From positions 128,001 through 192,000 of the forward strand of contig CAVUWD010000005.1 in NCBI GenBank assembly GCA_963745025.1: a stretch of DNA of 64,000 bases. The letters run 5' to 3'. How positions within the stretch are numbered: the first letter of the stretch is position 1; each line of letters starts with the position of its first letter. The stretch comes from an uncultured delta proteobacterium (GTDB taxonomy: Bacteria > Desulfobacterota > Binatia > JACPRU01). Below are positions 1-9,525 of the stretch, piece after piece. Position numbers and translations under genes: made by a program. A model generated the notes under the pieces. The model had not been told where the DNA came from and ran no database searches. It saw only the letters and a program-made list of their open reading frames with translations.

Positions 1-3000
1 CGACGTACGAGGCCGGGATCGAGCGCGGGGTTCGGCCGATCGGGGTCTGATCCACCTCGTACACGCGCTCCACGGCCTCCGCGCCGGTCAGGCGCCGGTG
101 GCGTCCGACGGGACCGGCGAACTGGCCGAGCTTCTGCTTGAGCGCGCGGTAGAGCACGTCGCGGACCAGCGTCGACTTGCCGGAGCCAGATACCCCGGTG
201 ACGCACGTCCAGGCGCCGAGCGGGAGCTCGACGTCGACGTTCTTCAGATTGTGCTCGGCGGCGGCGACGATCTTCAGCCGGGGCAGGCGGTCGACCGGAC
301 GCGGCTGACCGATGCGGCCCGGCACCTGTGCGAGGTAGCGGCCGGTCGCCGATCGCGGCTCGCGCTCGAGCGCGGCGGGCGGACCCACGGCGACGATCTC
401 GCCGCCGCGGTTGCCGGCGCCAGGACCGAGATCGACGACGACGTCGGCGCTGCGGATCGTCGCCTCGTCGTGCTCGACGATGATCACCGAGTTACCTCGG
501 TCGCGGAGCTCGCGCAGCATCCCGAGCAGCATCTCGTTGTCTCGTGGATGAAGGCCGATCGTCGGCTCGTCCAGGATGTAGCAGACACCTTGTAGGTTGG
601 AGCCGAGCTGTGCCGCCAGCCGAATGCGCTGCGCTTCGCCGCCGGAGAGCGTGTCGGCGCGCCGATCGAGCGTGAGGTAGCCGAGGCCGACCCGCTCGAG
701 GAAGCGCAAGCGCGGCTCGATCTCCTTCAGGATGTCGGCAGCGACCCGGTGGTCGCGCTCGCCGAAGCGATACGACGCGATGAGCGCGCGAGCCTCGGCG
801 ACGGTCGCCGCCGTGACTTCGGAGATCGTCTTGCCGCCGACGCGCACGGCGCGCGCTTGCGGCTTCAAACGCTGACCCGCGCATGCCGGACAAGGGCTCT
901 CGCCGAGGAACGGGGAGAGCGCTTCCTGCAGCTCTTCGTCCTCCCACAGCTCGTCGAGGAATCCGAGCAGGCCGTGATGGTCCGTCGTGCCCCGCAGAAC
1001 GACCTCTTGCTGCCGCGCGGAAAAGTCGGCGAACGGCTTGGCGAGCGGCACACGGAGCGCGCGCAGAAGCGCAAGCGCCTTGCCGCGATGACGGTCGAGC
1101 GGAGGATCGCAAAACGGGTAGAGTCCTTCGCCGAGAGGCCGGTTGGGATCGATCAAACGGTTGGGATCGAACTCCCAAAGCGTGCCCGAGCCGCTGCACT
1201 CCGGGCACGCGCCCTGGCGGCTGTTGAAGGAGAACAGTCGCGGGTCGAGCGGGTCGAGGCCGAGTCCGCACGGCGGGCAGTAGAGCCGCTCGCTGTAGAC
1301 GCGCTCCACTGCGGCGACCAGCACGTGACACGTACCCGCGCCAAGGCGCAGCGCCCGGTCGAGCACTTCGCGTGCGTTTTCGTCGCGCGCGCCTACCTCG
1401 CCGACGACGACGTCGATGTCGTGCTCCTGGAAGCGAGCGAGCTTGGGCGTGGGGTCGAGCGCGACGCGCCGGCCGTCGATGCGTGCCGCGCGGCACCCGA
1501 GCTTTCGCGCCCCCTCGAGGATCTCCTTGTGGAATCCCTTCCGGCCGCGCACCACCGGAGCGAGCAGCTCGCCGCGTCGGGGCCCGAGGTCCTTCCGCAG
1601 TCGATCGAAGATTTGCGCTCGCGTCTGCGGACGAATCGAGCGATCGCAGCGCGTGCAGTGCTGCTCGCCGACCTTCGCGTAAAGCAGCCGCAGATAGTGA
1701 TAGATCTCCGTGATCGTCGCGACGGTCGACTTACGCCCGCCCCGGCTAGTCCGCTGCTCGATCGCCACCGTCGGCGGAACGCCGAACAGGAGCTCGACGT
1801 CGGGCTTGGCGAGCACCTTGAGGAACTGCCGCGCATAGGCCGAGAGGCTGTCGATGTAGCGGCGCTGCCCCTCGGCATAGATGATGTCGAACGCCAGTGT
1901 CGACTTGCCCGAGCCGGAAAGGCCGGTGACGACGACGATCGCGTCGCGCGGCACGTCGACCGAGATGCCCCGTAGATTGTGCTCCTTCGCACGGATCACG
2001 CGAATGGCATCGTCCGACGGAAGTCCTCGTGATTCGGCCCGCTGCGCGCGTGCGGGCACGACGTTCCGCTCGCCCGAAGCGTCTCCAAGGGCGAGCAGCG
2101 GTCTCAGATACTGGGCGGTATGCGAGCCCTCCACGCGCGCGAGCTCTTCCGGCGTCCCGACGGCGATCACGCTCCCGCCGGCGTCGCCGCCTTCCGGCCC
2201 GAGATCGATCACCCAGTCGGCGCACTTCACGACCTCCAAGTTGTGCTCGATGACGAGCGCCGTGTGGCCGCGCTCGATCAGCCGGTCGAAGGCTCCGAGG
2301 AGATTCCGCACGTCGTGAAAATGGAGTCCCGTCGTCGGTTCGTCGAAGAGGAAGAGCGTCGGCTTCTCCTCGCCCGGCGGGGCGGCGATATGGGAGGCCA
2401 GCTTGAGACGCTGCGCCTCGCCTCCCGAGAGGGTGGTGAGCGCCTGACCGAGCCGCGCGTAGTCGAGACCAACGGCGACGAGCGGCTCGAGTGCCGCGAC
2501 GATCTCCGCGCTCTCGCCGAAGAACTCCGCGGCCTCGGCGACCGTCGTCTCGAAAACGTCGCGGATCGAGCGGTCGCGTACCTTGGCCTCCAGCACTTCC
2601 GGGCGGAAACGAGCGCCCTGGCATTCCGGGCATGGCACGTAAACGTCCGAGAGGAACTGCATCTCGACCTTCTCGTAGCCCTCGCCCCGGCAGGACTCGC
2701 ACCGCCCGCCCTCGACGTTGAACGAGAACGTCGAGGCGGTGTAGCCGCGTAACCGCGAGAGGTCGGACGCGGCGAAGAGCCGCCGTACGGCGTCGTAGGC
2801 GCCCATGTAGGTGAGCAGGTTTGCGCGCGGCGTCGTGCCGATCGGGGTTTGATCGACCAGTACGACGCGGGCGATCGGCTGCCAACCTTCGATCGCGTCG
2901 TGCTCACCGGGGATGCCGGCCGGCTCGCCGAGCAGGCGCTTGAGACCTCGGTAGAGGATCTCCTCGACGAGCGTCGATTTCCCGGAGCCCGAGACTCCCG

Positions 3001-4924
3001 TGACGCAGGTGAGGGTGCCGAGCGGGACCTCGCAGTCGATCGATTTCAGGTTGTTGGCACGCGCGCCGCGCACTCGCAGCCGGCCCTGCATGCCCGGCCG
3101 CCGCGTGGTAGGCAATGGGATCTGCTTGCGGCCGGAGAGGTAGTCGGCGGTCAGCGACTCGCGGCAGTCGAGCAGCTCGGCGGTCGGGCCCGCGAACTGC
3201 AGCTGCCCGCCGTGCTCGCCGGCGCCGGGGCCGAGGTCGATCACGTGGTCGCTCGAGCGGATGACCTCTGCATCGTGCTCGACGACGACCACCGTATTGC
3301 CGTTGTCGCGCAGCTTCTTGAGGATGCCGACGAGCCGGCTCGAGTCACGCGAATGGAGCCCAATCGACGGCTCGTCGAGGATGTAGAGCGTGTTCACCAG
3401 GGACGAGCCGATCGCCGTCGTCAGGTCGACGCGCTCGAGCTCGCCGCCGGAAAGCGTGCGCGACTGCCGGTCGAGCGTCAGGTAGCCGAGACCGACGTCC
3501 ACGAGATAACCGAGCCGAGAGCGGATCTCGTCGAGCACGAGCTTCGCGACCTCCGCTTGCGCTCGCCCGAGCTCGAGCCGCTGGAAGAAGTCGCGCGCCT
3601 CGGCGACGCTCATCGCGTGGATTTCCCCGATGTTCTTCCAGTTGCCTCGCCCTTCCTCGATCGTGGCCCCGGCTCCCGTCGGTCGCGTCCGGACGTCCGT
3701 CGGACGTCCGGACCCGTCGATCTTCCAGTCGAGCGCCTCGGGCCGCACCCGCGCGCCGTTGCAATCGGGGCAGAGGTCGTAGCTTCGGTAGCGCGAGAGA
3801 AACACGCGGACGTGCATCTTGTACGTCTTGGTCTCCAGCCACTGGAACCAGCCACGAACACCGTAGTACTTGCCGTCGCCCTCGAGCAGCATTCGCCGCT
3901 GCTCGGGGGCGAGATCGGACCATGGCAGATCGGTCGGGATCTTTTTCTGGCGGCAAAACTTCAGGCACTCGTTTCGCTCCCCCTCCGCCGCCTTGATCGC
4001 CCAGGGCTTGATCGCCCCCTCGCGGATCGATTTCCGCGGATCGGGGACGACGAGTCCCATGTCGATGCCGATCGTGCGGCCGAAGCCGCGGCACTTGGCG
4101 CAGGCGCCGAGCGGGCTGTTGAACGAGAACAGGTTCGACGACGGCTCGCGGTAGCGGATCTGGCAGGCGGGACATTCGAGCTCGGTGGAGAAGGTCTCCC
4201 GCCGGCCCGCGCCGACCCCCGTCGAAGCGCCTTCGTCGGGAAAGAAGAGGCTCGCGTGCCCTTTGCCGAAATGGAAGGCCTGCTCGAGCGAGTCGACGAT
4301 CCGCTTGCGTTGCCCGGCGCTCGCGACCAGGCGATCGACGACGACCTCGAAGGCTTCGCGCGGCTTCTTGTCGAGCGTCTCGAGCGGAACGATCTGGCCG
4401 CCGAGGAGCACGCGCGTGAAACCGGCGCGCTCGAGGCCGCCGCGAATCTCTCCCCACGGGAGCCGCGCCGGAGCCGATACGGAAAAGAGCACGAGAAAGC
4501 GCGCGCCCTCGCGCAGCCGGCGGTAGACCGACTCCGGGTTGTCGCGCTTGATCGGGCGTCCGCAGCCCCGGCAATGAAGTGTGGCGACCTTGGCGAACAG
4601 CAGCTTCAGATGATCGTGCAGCTCGGTCATCGTCGCCACCGTCGAGCGCGACGTCGCCACCCGCCGACGCTGATCGATCGAGATCGCCGGCAGGATGCCG
4701 CGGATCGAGTCGACGTGCGGCTTGTTCATGCGGTCGAGAAATTGGCGCGCGTATGCCGAAAAGCTCTCGACGTAGCGTCGCTGCCCCTCCGCATAGAGGA
4801 CGTCGAAGGCGAGGCTCGACTTTCCAGACCCCGAAACGCCGGTCACGACGGTGAGCGATCGATGCGGGATCGCGACGTCGATTCCCTTCAGGTTGTGCTC
4901 GCGAGCGCCGCGGACCTCGATCAT
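1..4924 (-). CDS. uvrA: Excinuclease ABC subunit A, double-length (tandem) form; 3' end lies outside the window
   Basis: My translation from ATG 4924: MIEVRGAREHNLKGIDV...TGVSGSGKSSLAFDVLYAEGQRRYVES. A second UvrA N-terminus appears near 2000 (AKEHNLRG...GLSGSGKSTLAFDIIYAEGQRRY). Four Walker A motifs in total. No stop in this frame, which is why it is missing from the ORF track. Confidence 0.95.
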   Translation of the reverse strand, partial: MIEVRGAREHNLKGIDVAIPHRSLTVVTGVSGSGKSSLAFDVLYAEGQRRYVESFSAYARQFLDRMNKPHVDSIRGILPAISIDQRRRVATSRSTVATMTELHDHLKLLFAKVATLHCRGCGRPIKRDNPESVYRRLREGARFLVLFSVSAPARLPWGEIRGGLERAGFTRVLLGGQIVPLETLDKKPREAFEVVVDRLVASAGQRKRIVDSLEQAFHFGKGHASLFFPDEGASTGVGAGRRETFSTELECPACQIRYREPSSNLFSFNSPLGACAKCRGFGRTIGIDMGLVVPDPRKSIREGAIKPWAIKAAEGERNECLKFCRQKKIPTDLPWSDLAPEQRRMLLEGDGKYYGVRGWFQWLETKTYKMHVRVFLSRYRSYDLCPDCNGARVRPEALDWKIDGSGRPTDVRTRPTGAGATIEEGRGNWKNIGEIHAMSVAEARDFFQRLELGRAQAEVAKLVLDEIRSRLGYLVDVGLGYLTLDRQSRTLSGGELERVDLTTAIGSSLVNTLYILDEPSIGLHSRDSSRLVGILKKLRDNGNTVVVVEHDAEVIRSSDHVIDLGPGAGEHGGQLQFAGPTAELLDCRESLTADYLSGRKQIPLPTTRRPGMQGRLRVRGARANNLKSIDCEVPLGTLTCVTGVSGSGKSTLVEEILYRGLKRLLGEPAGIPGEHDAIEGWQPIARVVLVDQTPIGTTPRANLLTYMGAYDAVRRLFAASDLSRLRGYTASTFSFNVEGGRCESCRGEGYEKVEMQFLSDVYVPCPECQGARFRPEVLEAKVRDRSIRDVFETTVAEAAEFFGESAEIVAALEPLVAVGLDYARLGQALTTLSGGEAQRLKLASHIAAPPGEEKPTLFLFDEPTTGLHFHDVRNLLGAFDRLIERGHTALVIEHNLEVVKCADWVIDLGPEGGDAGGSVIAVGTPEELARVEGSHTAQYLRPLLALGDASGERNVVPARAQRAESRGLPSDDAIRVIRAKEHNLRGISVDVPRDAIVVVTGLSGSGKSTLAFDIIYAEGQRRYIDSLSAYARQFLKVLAKPDVELLFGVPPTVAIEQRTSRGGRKSTVATITEIYHYLRLLYAKVGEQHCTRCDRSIRPQTRAQIFDRLRKDLGPRRGELLAPVVRGRKGFHKEILEGARKLGCRAARIDGRRVALDPTPKLARFQEHDIDVVVGEVGARDENAREVLDRALRLGAGTCHVLVAAVERVYSERLYCPPCGLGLDPLDPRLFSFNSRQGACPECSGSGTLWEFDPNRLIDPNRPLGEGLYPFCDPPLDRHRGKALALLRALRVPLAKPFADFSARQQEVVLRGTTDHHGLLGFLDELWEDEELQEALSPFLGESPCPACAGQRLKPQARAVRVGGKTISEVTAATVAEARALIASYRFGERDHRVAADILKEIEPRLRFLERVGLGYLTLDRRADTLSGGEAQRIRLAAQLGSNLQGVCYILDEPTIGLHPRDNEMLLGMLRELRDRGNSVIIVEHDEATIRSADVVVDLGPGAGNRGGEIVAVGPPAALEREPRSATGRYLAQVPGRIGQPRPVDRLPRLKIVAAAEHNLKNVDVELPLGAWTCVTGVSGSGKSTLVRDVLYRALKQKLGQFAGPVGRHRRLTGAEAVERVYEVDQTPIGRTPRSIPASYV

Positions 4925-5024
4925 GAGACCGCGAACTATAACAGCCGCGTTCGCGAATGGAATCGGGGTCGCCGAAGCAGTTTGGACTTTCCAAGGCGGC
5001 GCGTGGTATCAGCGCGTTCATCCG

Positions 5025-5460
5025 TGGTCTTCTCGCCGATCCCCGGATCCGGCTCGTCCTTCAAGAGCACAGGGGTGCCGCCCAGCGAGCACGGCGCGGG
5101 CTGCGCCGGCGACAGGACCGGCCGACTCGACTCTTGGATTTGTGTCCTCGGAGACCTGTGCTAGCGTTCCGACGGCTCAAGGCGATGGTAGCCAACAGGG
5201 ACGGCGCCGCGATGAACGGACCCATTCGAGGCCTGCGGATCCGGGGAACGGGTCAAGAGAAACCAGCGCCGGGGGCGGCGAAAGTCCTTGTCGCGGGCGA
5301 GCGGCTCCCGGCCCCGGTGTTCCGCGTGTTCCTGCCGGAATCGAACCCGCCGCGGGTTTGCGAAGGGGTCGTACGGAGTCGGCCGGGAGCGACGCATGCC
5401 CGGCGGCGTGCGAGTTGGGCCTTCCTTCCGCGCCGCGCCGAGCCATACCCGCGACCAGGG
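5025..5460 (+). ncRNA. Candidate structured non-coding RNA of unknown class
   Basis: Nested complementary segments: 5040-5051/5236-5247 (12 bp), 5066-5073/5155-5162, 5165-5170/5198-5203, 5304-5313/5381-5390, 5290-5297/5448-5455. G-U pairs favour the + strand. No credible protein is encoded here. Confidence 0.4.
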
Positions 5461-5524
5461 TCCACGAGCCGCGCCGCGCGGGGCGAGAGAGCATGGCCGC
5501 GCGCGCGGCCGCACCGTCCCTGTA

Positions 5525-6172
5525 GTGTCCGGCGCAGGCAACGGCAAACGCGAGATCGCGGCGCTCGAGAGGCGCCGCCTCGAGAAACTGCGCTCGCACG
5601 AGCAGCTGCTCGAGCAGGTCGGGATCGGGCCGGTCGCCGGCGTCGACGAGGTCGGGATGGGGCCGCTCGCCGGGCCTGTGGTCGCGGCGGCGGTCATCTT
5701 ACCCGGCGATCCTCTCATCGAGGACCTCGACGACTCGAAGAGCATGACGCGGCCAGCGCGCGAGCGCGTCGAAACCGAGATTCGCCGTGTCGCGGTCGCC
5801 ATCGGCGTCGGTATGGCGACCGTTGCGGAGATCGATTCGCTCAACATCTACCACGCGGGCCTCGTGGCGATGCGCCGAGCGGTGGAGTCGTTGTCGCTCG
5901 CGCCACGCCACGTGTTCGTCGACGCTCGCACCATTCCCGGTCTCGCGGTTCCGCAGACGTCGTTCGTCAAGGGGGACTCGACGGTCTACTCGATCGCCGC
6001 GGCGTCGATCGTCGCCAAGGTGCACCGCGACCGGCTGATGTACGAGCTCGAGCGCGAGTATCCAGGCTACGGCTTCGCCGGCCACGCGGGCTACGCCACT
6101 GCGGAGCATCGCGAAGCGATCCGGCGTCTCGGGCCCTGCGCCGCGCATCGGCGCTCGTTCGCCCTGCTCTAG
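5525..6172 (+). CDS. rnhB: Ribonuclease HII
   Basis: AGVDEVGMGPLAGPVVAAAV, DDSK, VKGD, SIAAASIVAKVHRD and GY.T..H motifs. GTG start at 5525 is inferred. Confidence 0.95.
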   Translation: MSGAGNGKREIAALERRRLEKLRSHEQLLEQVGIGPVAGVDEVGMGPLAGPVVAAAVILPGDPLIEDLDDSKSMTRPARERVETEIRRVAVAIGVGMATVAEIDSLNIYHAGLVAMRRAVESLSLAPRHVFVDARTIPGLAVPQTSFVKGDSTVYSIAAASIVAKVHRDRLMYELEREYPGYGFAGHAGYATAEHREAIRRLGPCAAHRRSFALL

Positions 6173-6242
6173 CGAACGTTGCCGCAACGTCCCGGACTCG
6201 CTGTTCCGATCCTGCCCGGACTTCGATATTGTTCCGGGGAAG

Positions 6243-6315
6243 GCTTTCGGCCTTCGGTCTTCGGCTTTCAGCGGGTCGTATCGCGGGTTGCGGAAAGCCG
6301 ACGCCCGATCGCCGC
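6243..6315. repeat. REP-like element, heptamer variant (YTTCGGY)n with inverted arm
   Basis: tttcggc-cttcggt-cttcggc-tttcagc ... gcggaaa-gccgacg-cccgatc. Confidence 0.55.
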
Positions 6316-6329
6316 AATCGGAGGTGGCT

Positions 6330-7502
6330 ATGCCCGTGGACGTCGTCATGCCGAAGCTCAGTGATACGATGGAGGAAGGGAAGATCCTCCGTTGGTTGAA
6401 GAAGCCCGGCGACCACGTGGCGGTCGGGGACGTCCTCGCCGAGGTCGAGACCGACAAGGCGGACATGGAGCTCGAGGCCGAGGTCGAAGGCGTGCTGGCG
6501 AAGATCCTCATCGAGGAAGGCGGATCGGCGACGGTCGGACAGGCGATCGCGCTTCTCGGCAACGGCGCAGGGGAGGGGGCGGCGGCGAAGCCCGACCGCA
6601 GCGAGTTTGCCCCGGAGCCGCCCAAGCCGGAAGTCGAAAGCCGCCGACCGACCGTGGCCCGACCGCCGAAGCCCGAACGGCGAGGCCCGCAAGCGATCGT
6701 GCCGCCGAGCCCGGACGCACGGCGCGCGCTCGCGCCCCGACCGCCCGCGCCACGAGCAGAGCGACCGGCGGCCGCGCCCGCGCGCTCTGCGCCGGCGCCG
6801 GCACGGGCCCCCACGCGGAGCGGTCGCGAAGAGCTCTCGAAGATCCGCCGGACCGTCGCCCGGCGCATGGCGGACAGCAAGCGGGAGGTCCCCCACTTCT
6901 ACATGACGGCCGAGATCGACATGAGCGAGTGCGCGCGCTTGAAGGCGAGCCTCGCCGCGATTCGTCCCGACGTGGGCGTGAGCTACACGCACCTCTTGCT
7001 TCGCGCCGTCGCGCTCGCGCTCGGCGAGCACCCGCGGATCAATGCGCGTTTTGCGGCCGAAGACGCCGTCGAGTTCTCTGATGGGATCCACCTCGGCGTT
7101 GCGGTGGCGCTGGACGAGGGCTTGATCGTGCCCGTGCTCCACGACTGCGAATCGAAGGACGTCTTCACGATCGCCGAGGAGGCGCGCGCTCTCGTCGAGC
7201 GGGTGCGCACGGGCAAGGCCGAAGGCGGCGATCTCTCGGGCGGCACCTTCACGGTCTCGAACCTCGGCATGTATCCGATCGAGGAGTTCGCCGCGGTGAT
7301 CAATCCGCCCCAGGCGGCGGTGCTCGCGGTCGGCGCCGTCGCCGAGCGCGCCGTGGTGCGAAGTGGCAAGCTCGCCGCGAGTCCGACGATGCGCGTGACG
7401 CTTTCCTCCGATCATCGTGTGATCGATGGCGCGGAGGCCGCGCAGTTCCTGAAAACGCTGAAGGAGATGCTGGAGGCTCCGCTCCGGCTCGTGCTCCTGT
7501 GA
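6330..7502 (+). CDS. pdhC: 2-oxoacid (pyruvate/acetoin) dehydrogenase E2, dihydrolipoamide acyltransferase
   Basis: Lipoyl domain (MPKLSDTMEEG...VETDKADME), Pro/Ala-rich linker, catalytic DHRVIDG; GGAGGT RBS. Confidence 0.9.
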   Translation: MPVDVVMPKLSDTMEEGKILRWLKKPGDHVAVGDVLAEVETDKADMELEAEVEGVLAKILIEEGGSATVGQAIALLGNGAGEGAAAKPDRSEFAPEPPKPEVESRRPTVARPPKPERRGPQAIVPPSPDARRALAPRPPAPRAERPAAAPARSAPAPARAPTRSGREELSKIRRTVARRMADSKREVPHFYMTAEIDMSECARLKASLAAIRPDVGVSYTHLLLRAVALALGEHPRINARFAAEDAVEFSDGIHLGVAVALDEGLIVPVLHDCESKDVFTIAEEARALVERVRTGKAEGGDLSGGTFTVSNLGMYPIEEFAAVINPPQAAVLAVGAVAERAVVRSGKLAASPTMRVTLSSDHRVIDGAEAAQFLKTLKEMLEAPLRLVLL

Positions 7503-9094
7503 TGACGCCCGCCGCGACAGAGGGTGCCGAGCGCTCGCTCGAGGTCATCGACCTCGGCCGGCTGGAATACGCGCGCGCGCTCGAGCGCCAGGAGCGCGAG
7601 GTCGAAGCAGTGCACCGGGGCGCCGCGGAAAAACTTCTCCTCGTCGAGCACCCGCCGGTCTACACGATCGGCCGCGGTGGCGACGGGACCAACCTGCGCG
7701 GTGCTCCCGAACGGCTCGGCGTGCCCCTCTTCCGCATCAGTCGAGGCGGCGATGCGACCTTCCACGGGCCGGGACAGATCGTCGCCTATCCGATTCTCTC
7801 GCTCGATCGGGAGGGGCGCGACCTGCATCGCTATCTGCGCCGCCTCGAAGACGTCGTCACCCGCGCGCTCGCGGTCTTCGGCATCGCGGGCGCGCGGATC
7901 GAAGGCCGCACGGGCGTTTGGGTGGGTCGGCGAAAGATCGCTTCGATCGGCATCGGCGTCCGGCGTTGGGTGACCTATCACGGTCTGGCTCTGAACGTCT
8001 CGACGGATCTCGACTACTTCCGAGCGATCGTTCCCTGCGCGATCGACCGCGTCGAGATGACCTCGATCGTCGAGGAGATCGGTCGAGACGTGAGCGTCGC
8101 CGAGGCGCGCGCACGGCTCATCGAGGAGTTCGCCGCCGTGTTCGGGACGACCATTCAGCCGGCGGCGCGGGGCGCCACGCCCAGCCGCGGGCGACGATAC
8201 GCGGCGCGGATCTCCGAGAACGATCCCGGCGTGAGCGGGGATCGCAAGCCGCCGTGGCTCAGAGCCCGCGCTCCCGTCGGCGAGCAGTACTTTCGCACCC
8301 GCCGAATCCTCGGCGAGCTGAACCTCACGACCGTTTGCCAGGAGGCGATCTGCCCGAACATCGGCGAGTGCTGGGCGCACTCGACCGCGACGTTCATGCT
8401 GATGGGCGAGTCGTGCACGCGTAGTTGCGGCTTCTGCGCCGTCAAGCACGGTGCGCCGCAGCGGCTCGATCCGCTTGAGCCCCTGCGCGTCGCGGCTGCC
8501 GTCGCCCGCCTCGGCCTCCGACACGTGGTGGTGACGTCCGTCAATCGCGATGACCTTGCCGACGGCGGCGCGAGCCACTTCGCCGCGTCGGCGCGCGCCA
8601 TCAAGCAGCAGGTACCCGATTGCGCCGTGGAGCTGCTGATCCCCGACTTTCAGGGAGACGAGGGGGCGCTGCGCGTCGTCGTCGATTCGCCGGTCGACGT
8701 GCTCGATCACAATACCGAAACCGTTCCGCGGCTCTATGCGACGGTTCGGCCGGGGTCGCGGTACGAGCGCTCGCTCGAGTTACTCGGTCGGGCAAAGCGC
8801 TTGCGAAGCGACCTGTTGGTGAAGAGCGGCCTGATGGCCGGCCTCGGTGAGACCGACGAGGAGCTCGTGGCGGTGTTCCGGAATTTGCGCGAGGCGGGCT
8901 GCGACATACTGACCCTCGGCCAGTACCTGCGGCCGACGAAGCAGCACCTGCCGGTCCGCCGCTTCGTCAGTCCCGAGGAATTTGCGCGCCTGCGCGAGCG
9001 GGCCCGGGCGATGGGCTTCCATCACGTCGAAGCGGCGCCGCTCGTGCGCTCGAGCTACCACGCGTGGTCGCATGTCGAGCGCGATAAACGATAG
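7502..9094 (+). CDS. lipA: Fused lipoyl(octanoyl) transferase LipB and lipoyl synthase LipA
   Basis: N-terminal LipB motifs (EHPPVYTIGR, RGGDATFHGPGQ, KIASIG, HGLALN, VPC); C-terminal LipA motifs (CQEAICPNIGEC, CTRSCGFC, LVRSSY). One continuous frame, TGATG-coupled to E2. Confidence 0.93.
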   Translation: MTPAATEGAERSLEVIDLGRLEYARALERQEREVEAVHRGAAEKLLLVEHPPVYTIGRGGDGTNLRGAPERLGVPLFRISRGGDATFHGPGQIVAYPILSLDREGRDLHRYLRRLEDVVTRALAVFGIAGARIEGRTGVWVGRRKIASIGIGVRRWVTYHGLALNVSTDLDYFRAIVPCAIDRVEMTSIVEEIGRDVSVAEARARLIEEFAAVFGTTIQPAARGATPSRGRRYAARISENDPGVSGDRKPPWLRARAPVGEQYFRTRRILGELNLTTVCQEAICPNIGECWAHSTATFMLMGESCTRSCGFCAVKHGAPQRLDPLEPLRVAAAVARLGLRHVVVTSVNRDDLADGGASHFAASARAIKQQVPDCAVELLIPDFQGDEGALRVVVDSPVDVLDHNTETVPRLYATVRPGSRYERSLELLGRAKRLRSDLLVKSGLMAGLGETDEELVAVFRNLREAGCDILTLGQYLRPTKQHLPVRRFVSPEEFARLRERARAMGFHHVEAAPLVRSSYHAWSHVERDKR

Positions 9095-9290
9095 GCGACT
9101 GGCAAAGCGCCGCGAATCCTTCTGCATCTGCTTACCGATCCCGCGCAGCGCCTCGAAGACACGGTCGGGGTCTTCGAGGCGGGAGACCTGAGCCTCGACG
9201 AGATAACGCGAGTAGTCGCGGGTCATGTTGGTGACGACGGTGACGCTTCCGTTCGGGACGATGTGCACGTCTCCCGACAGATCGCGCAGT
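9095..9290 (-). pseudogene. Fragment of a small-conductance mechanosensitive channel (MscS/YbiO-like)
   Basis: LRDLSGDVHIVPNGSVTVVTNMTRDYSRY matches the MscS middle beta domain; no transmembrane N-terminus and no C-terminus. Confidence 0.7.
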
Positions 9291-9490
9291 CTCCGTCTCC
9301 ATGCGCGTCTCGTCCTACGGTGGCTGATCGAGACGTCTGTCAGAAAGTTTCCTCCGCGGCAAAAATGGCCACGGACGCGCCTTGAAAGGTCGTGAGATCG
9401 GAGCCATAAGTCACCGGTCTGTGATGTCGCCGAGCGACCAAGGTGATCCGTCCACCGGGCGGGTCTGGAGATGCTAGCTCCCTGACGCGG

Positions 9491-9523
9491 GTCCTCCCGG
9501 TCATCGAGCGTTCCCGGGAGGAC
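9491..9523 (+). promoter_or_regulatory. Hairpin sequestering the mgtE Shine-Dalgarno
   Basis: GTCCTCCCGG (9491-9500) pairs perfectly with CCGGGAGGAC (9514-9523), which contains the GGGAGG SD just before TTG 9526. Confidence 0.55.
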
Positions 9524-9525
9524 TG

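Noticed and set aside
4930-4955. CGCGAAC-N12-GTTCGCG palindrome at the uvrA promoter as a LexA box
   Set aside because: Spacing does not match the GAAC-N4-GTTC or GTTC-N7-GTTC boxes I know. It could be an operator but is unsupported.
2849-5164. 771-aa plus-strand ORF and other long overlapping ORFs in the track
   Set aside because: Antisense or off-frame shadows of real genes (here uvrA), typical of high-GC DNA; no motifs.
5270-5400. RNase P RNA-like words (GGCGAAAGTCC, GGAGTCGGCCGG)
   Set aside because: Wrong order, no GAGGAAAGTCC and no 3' P4 partner.
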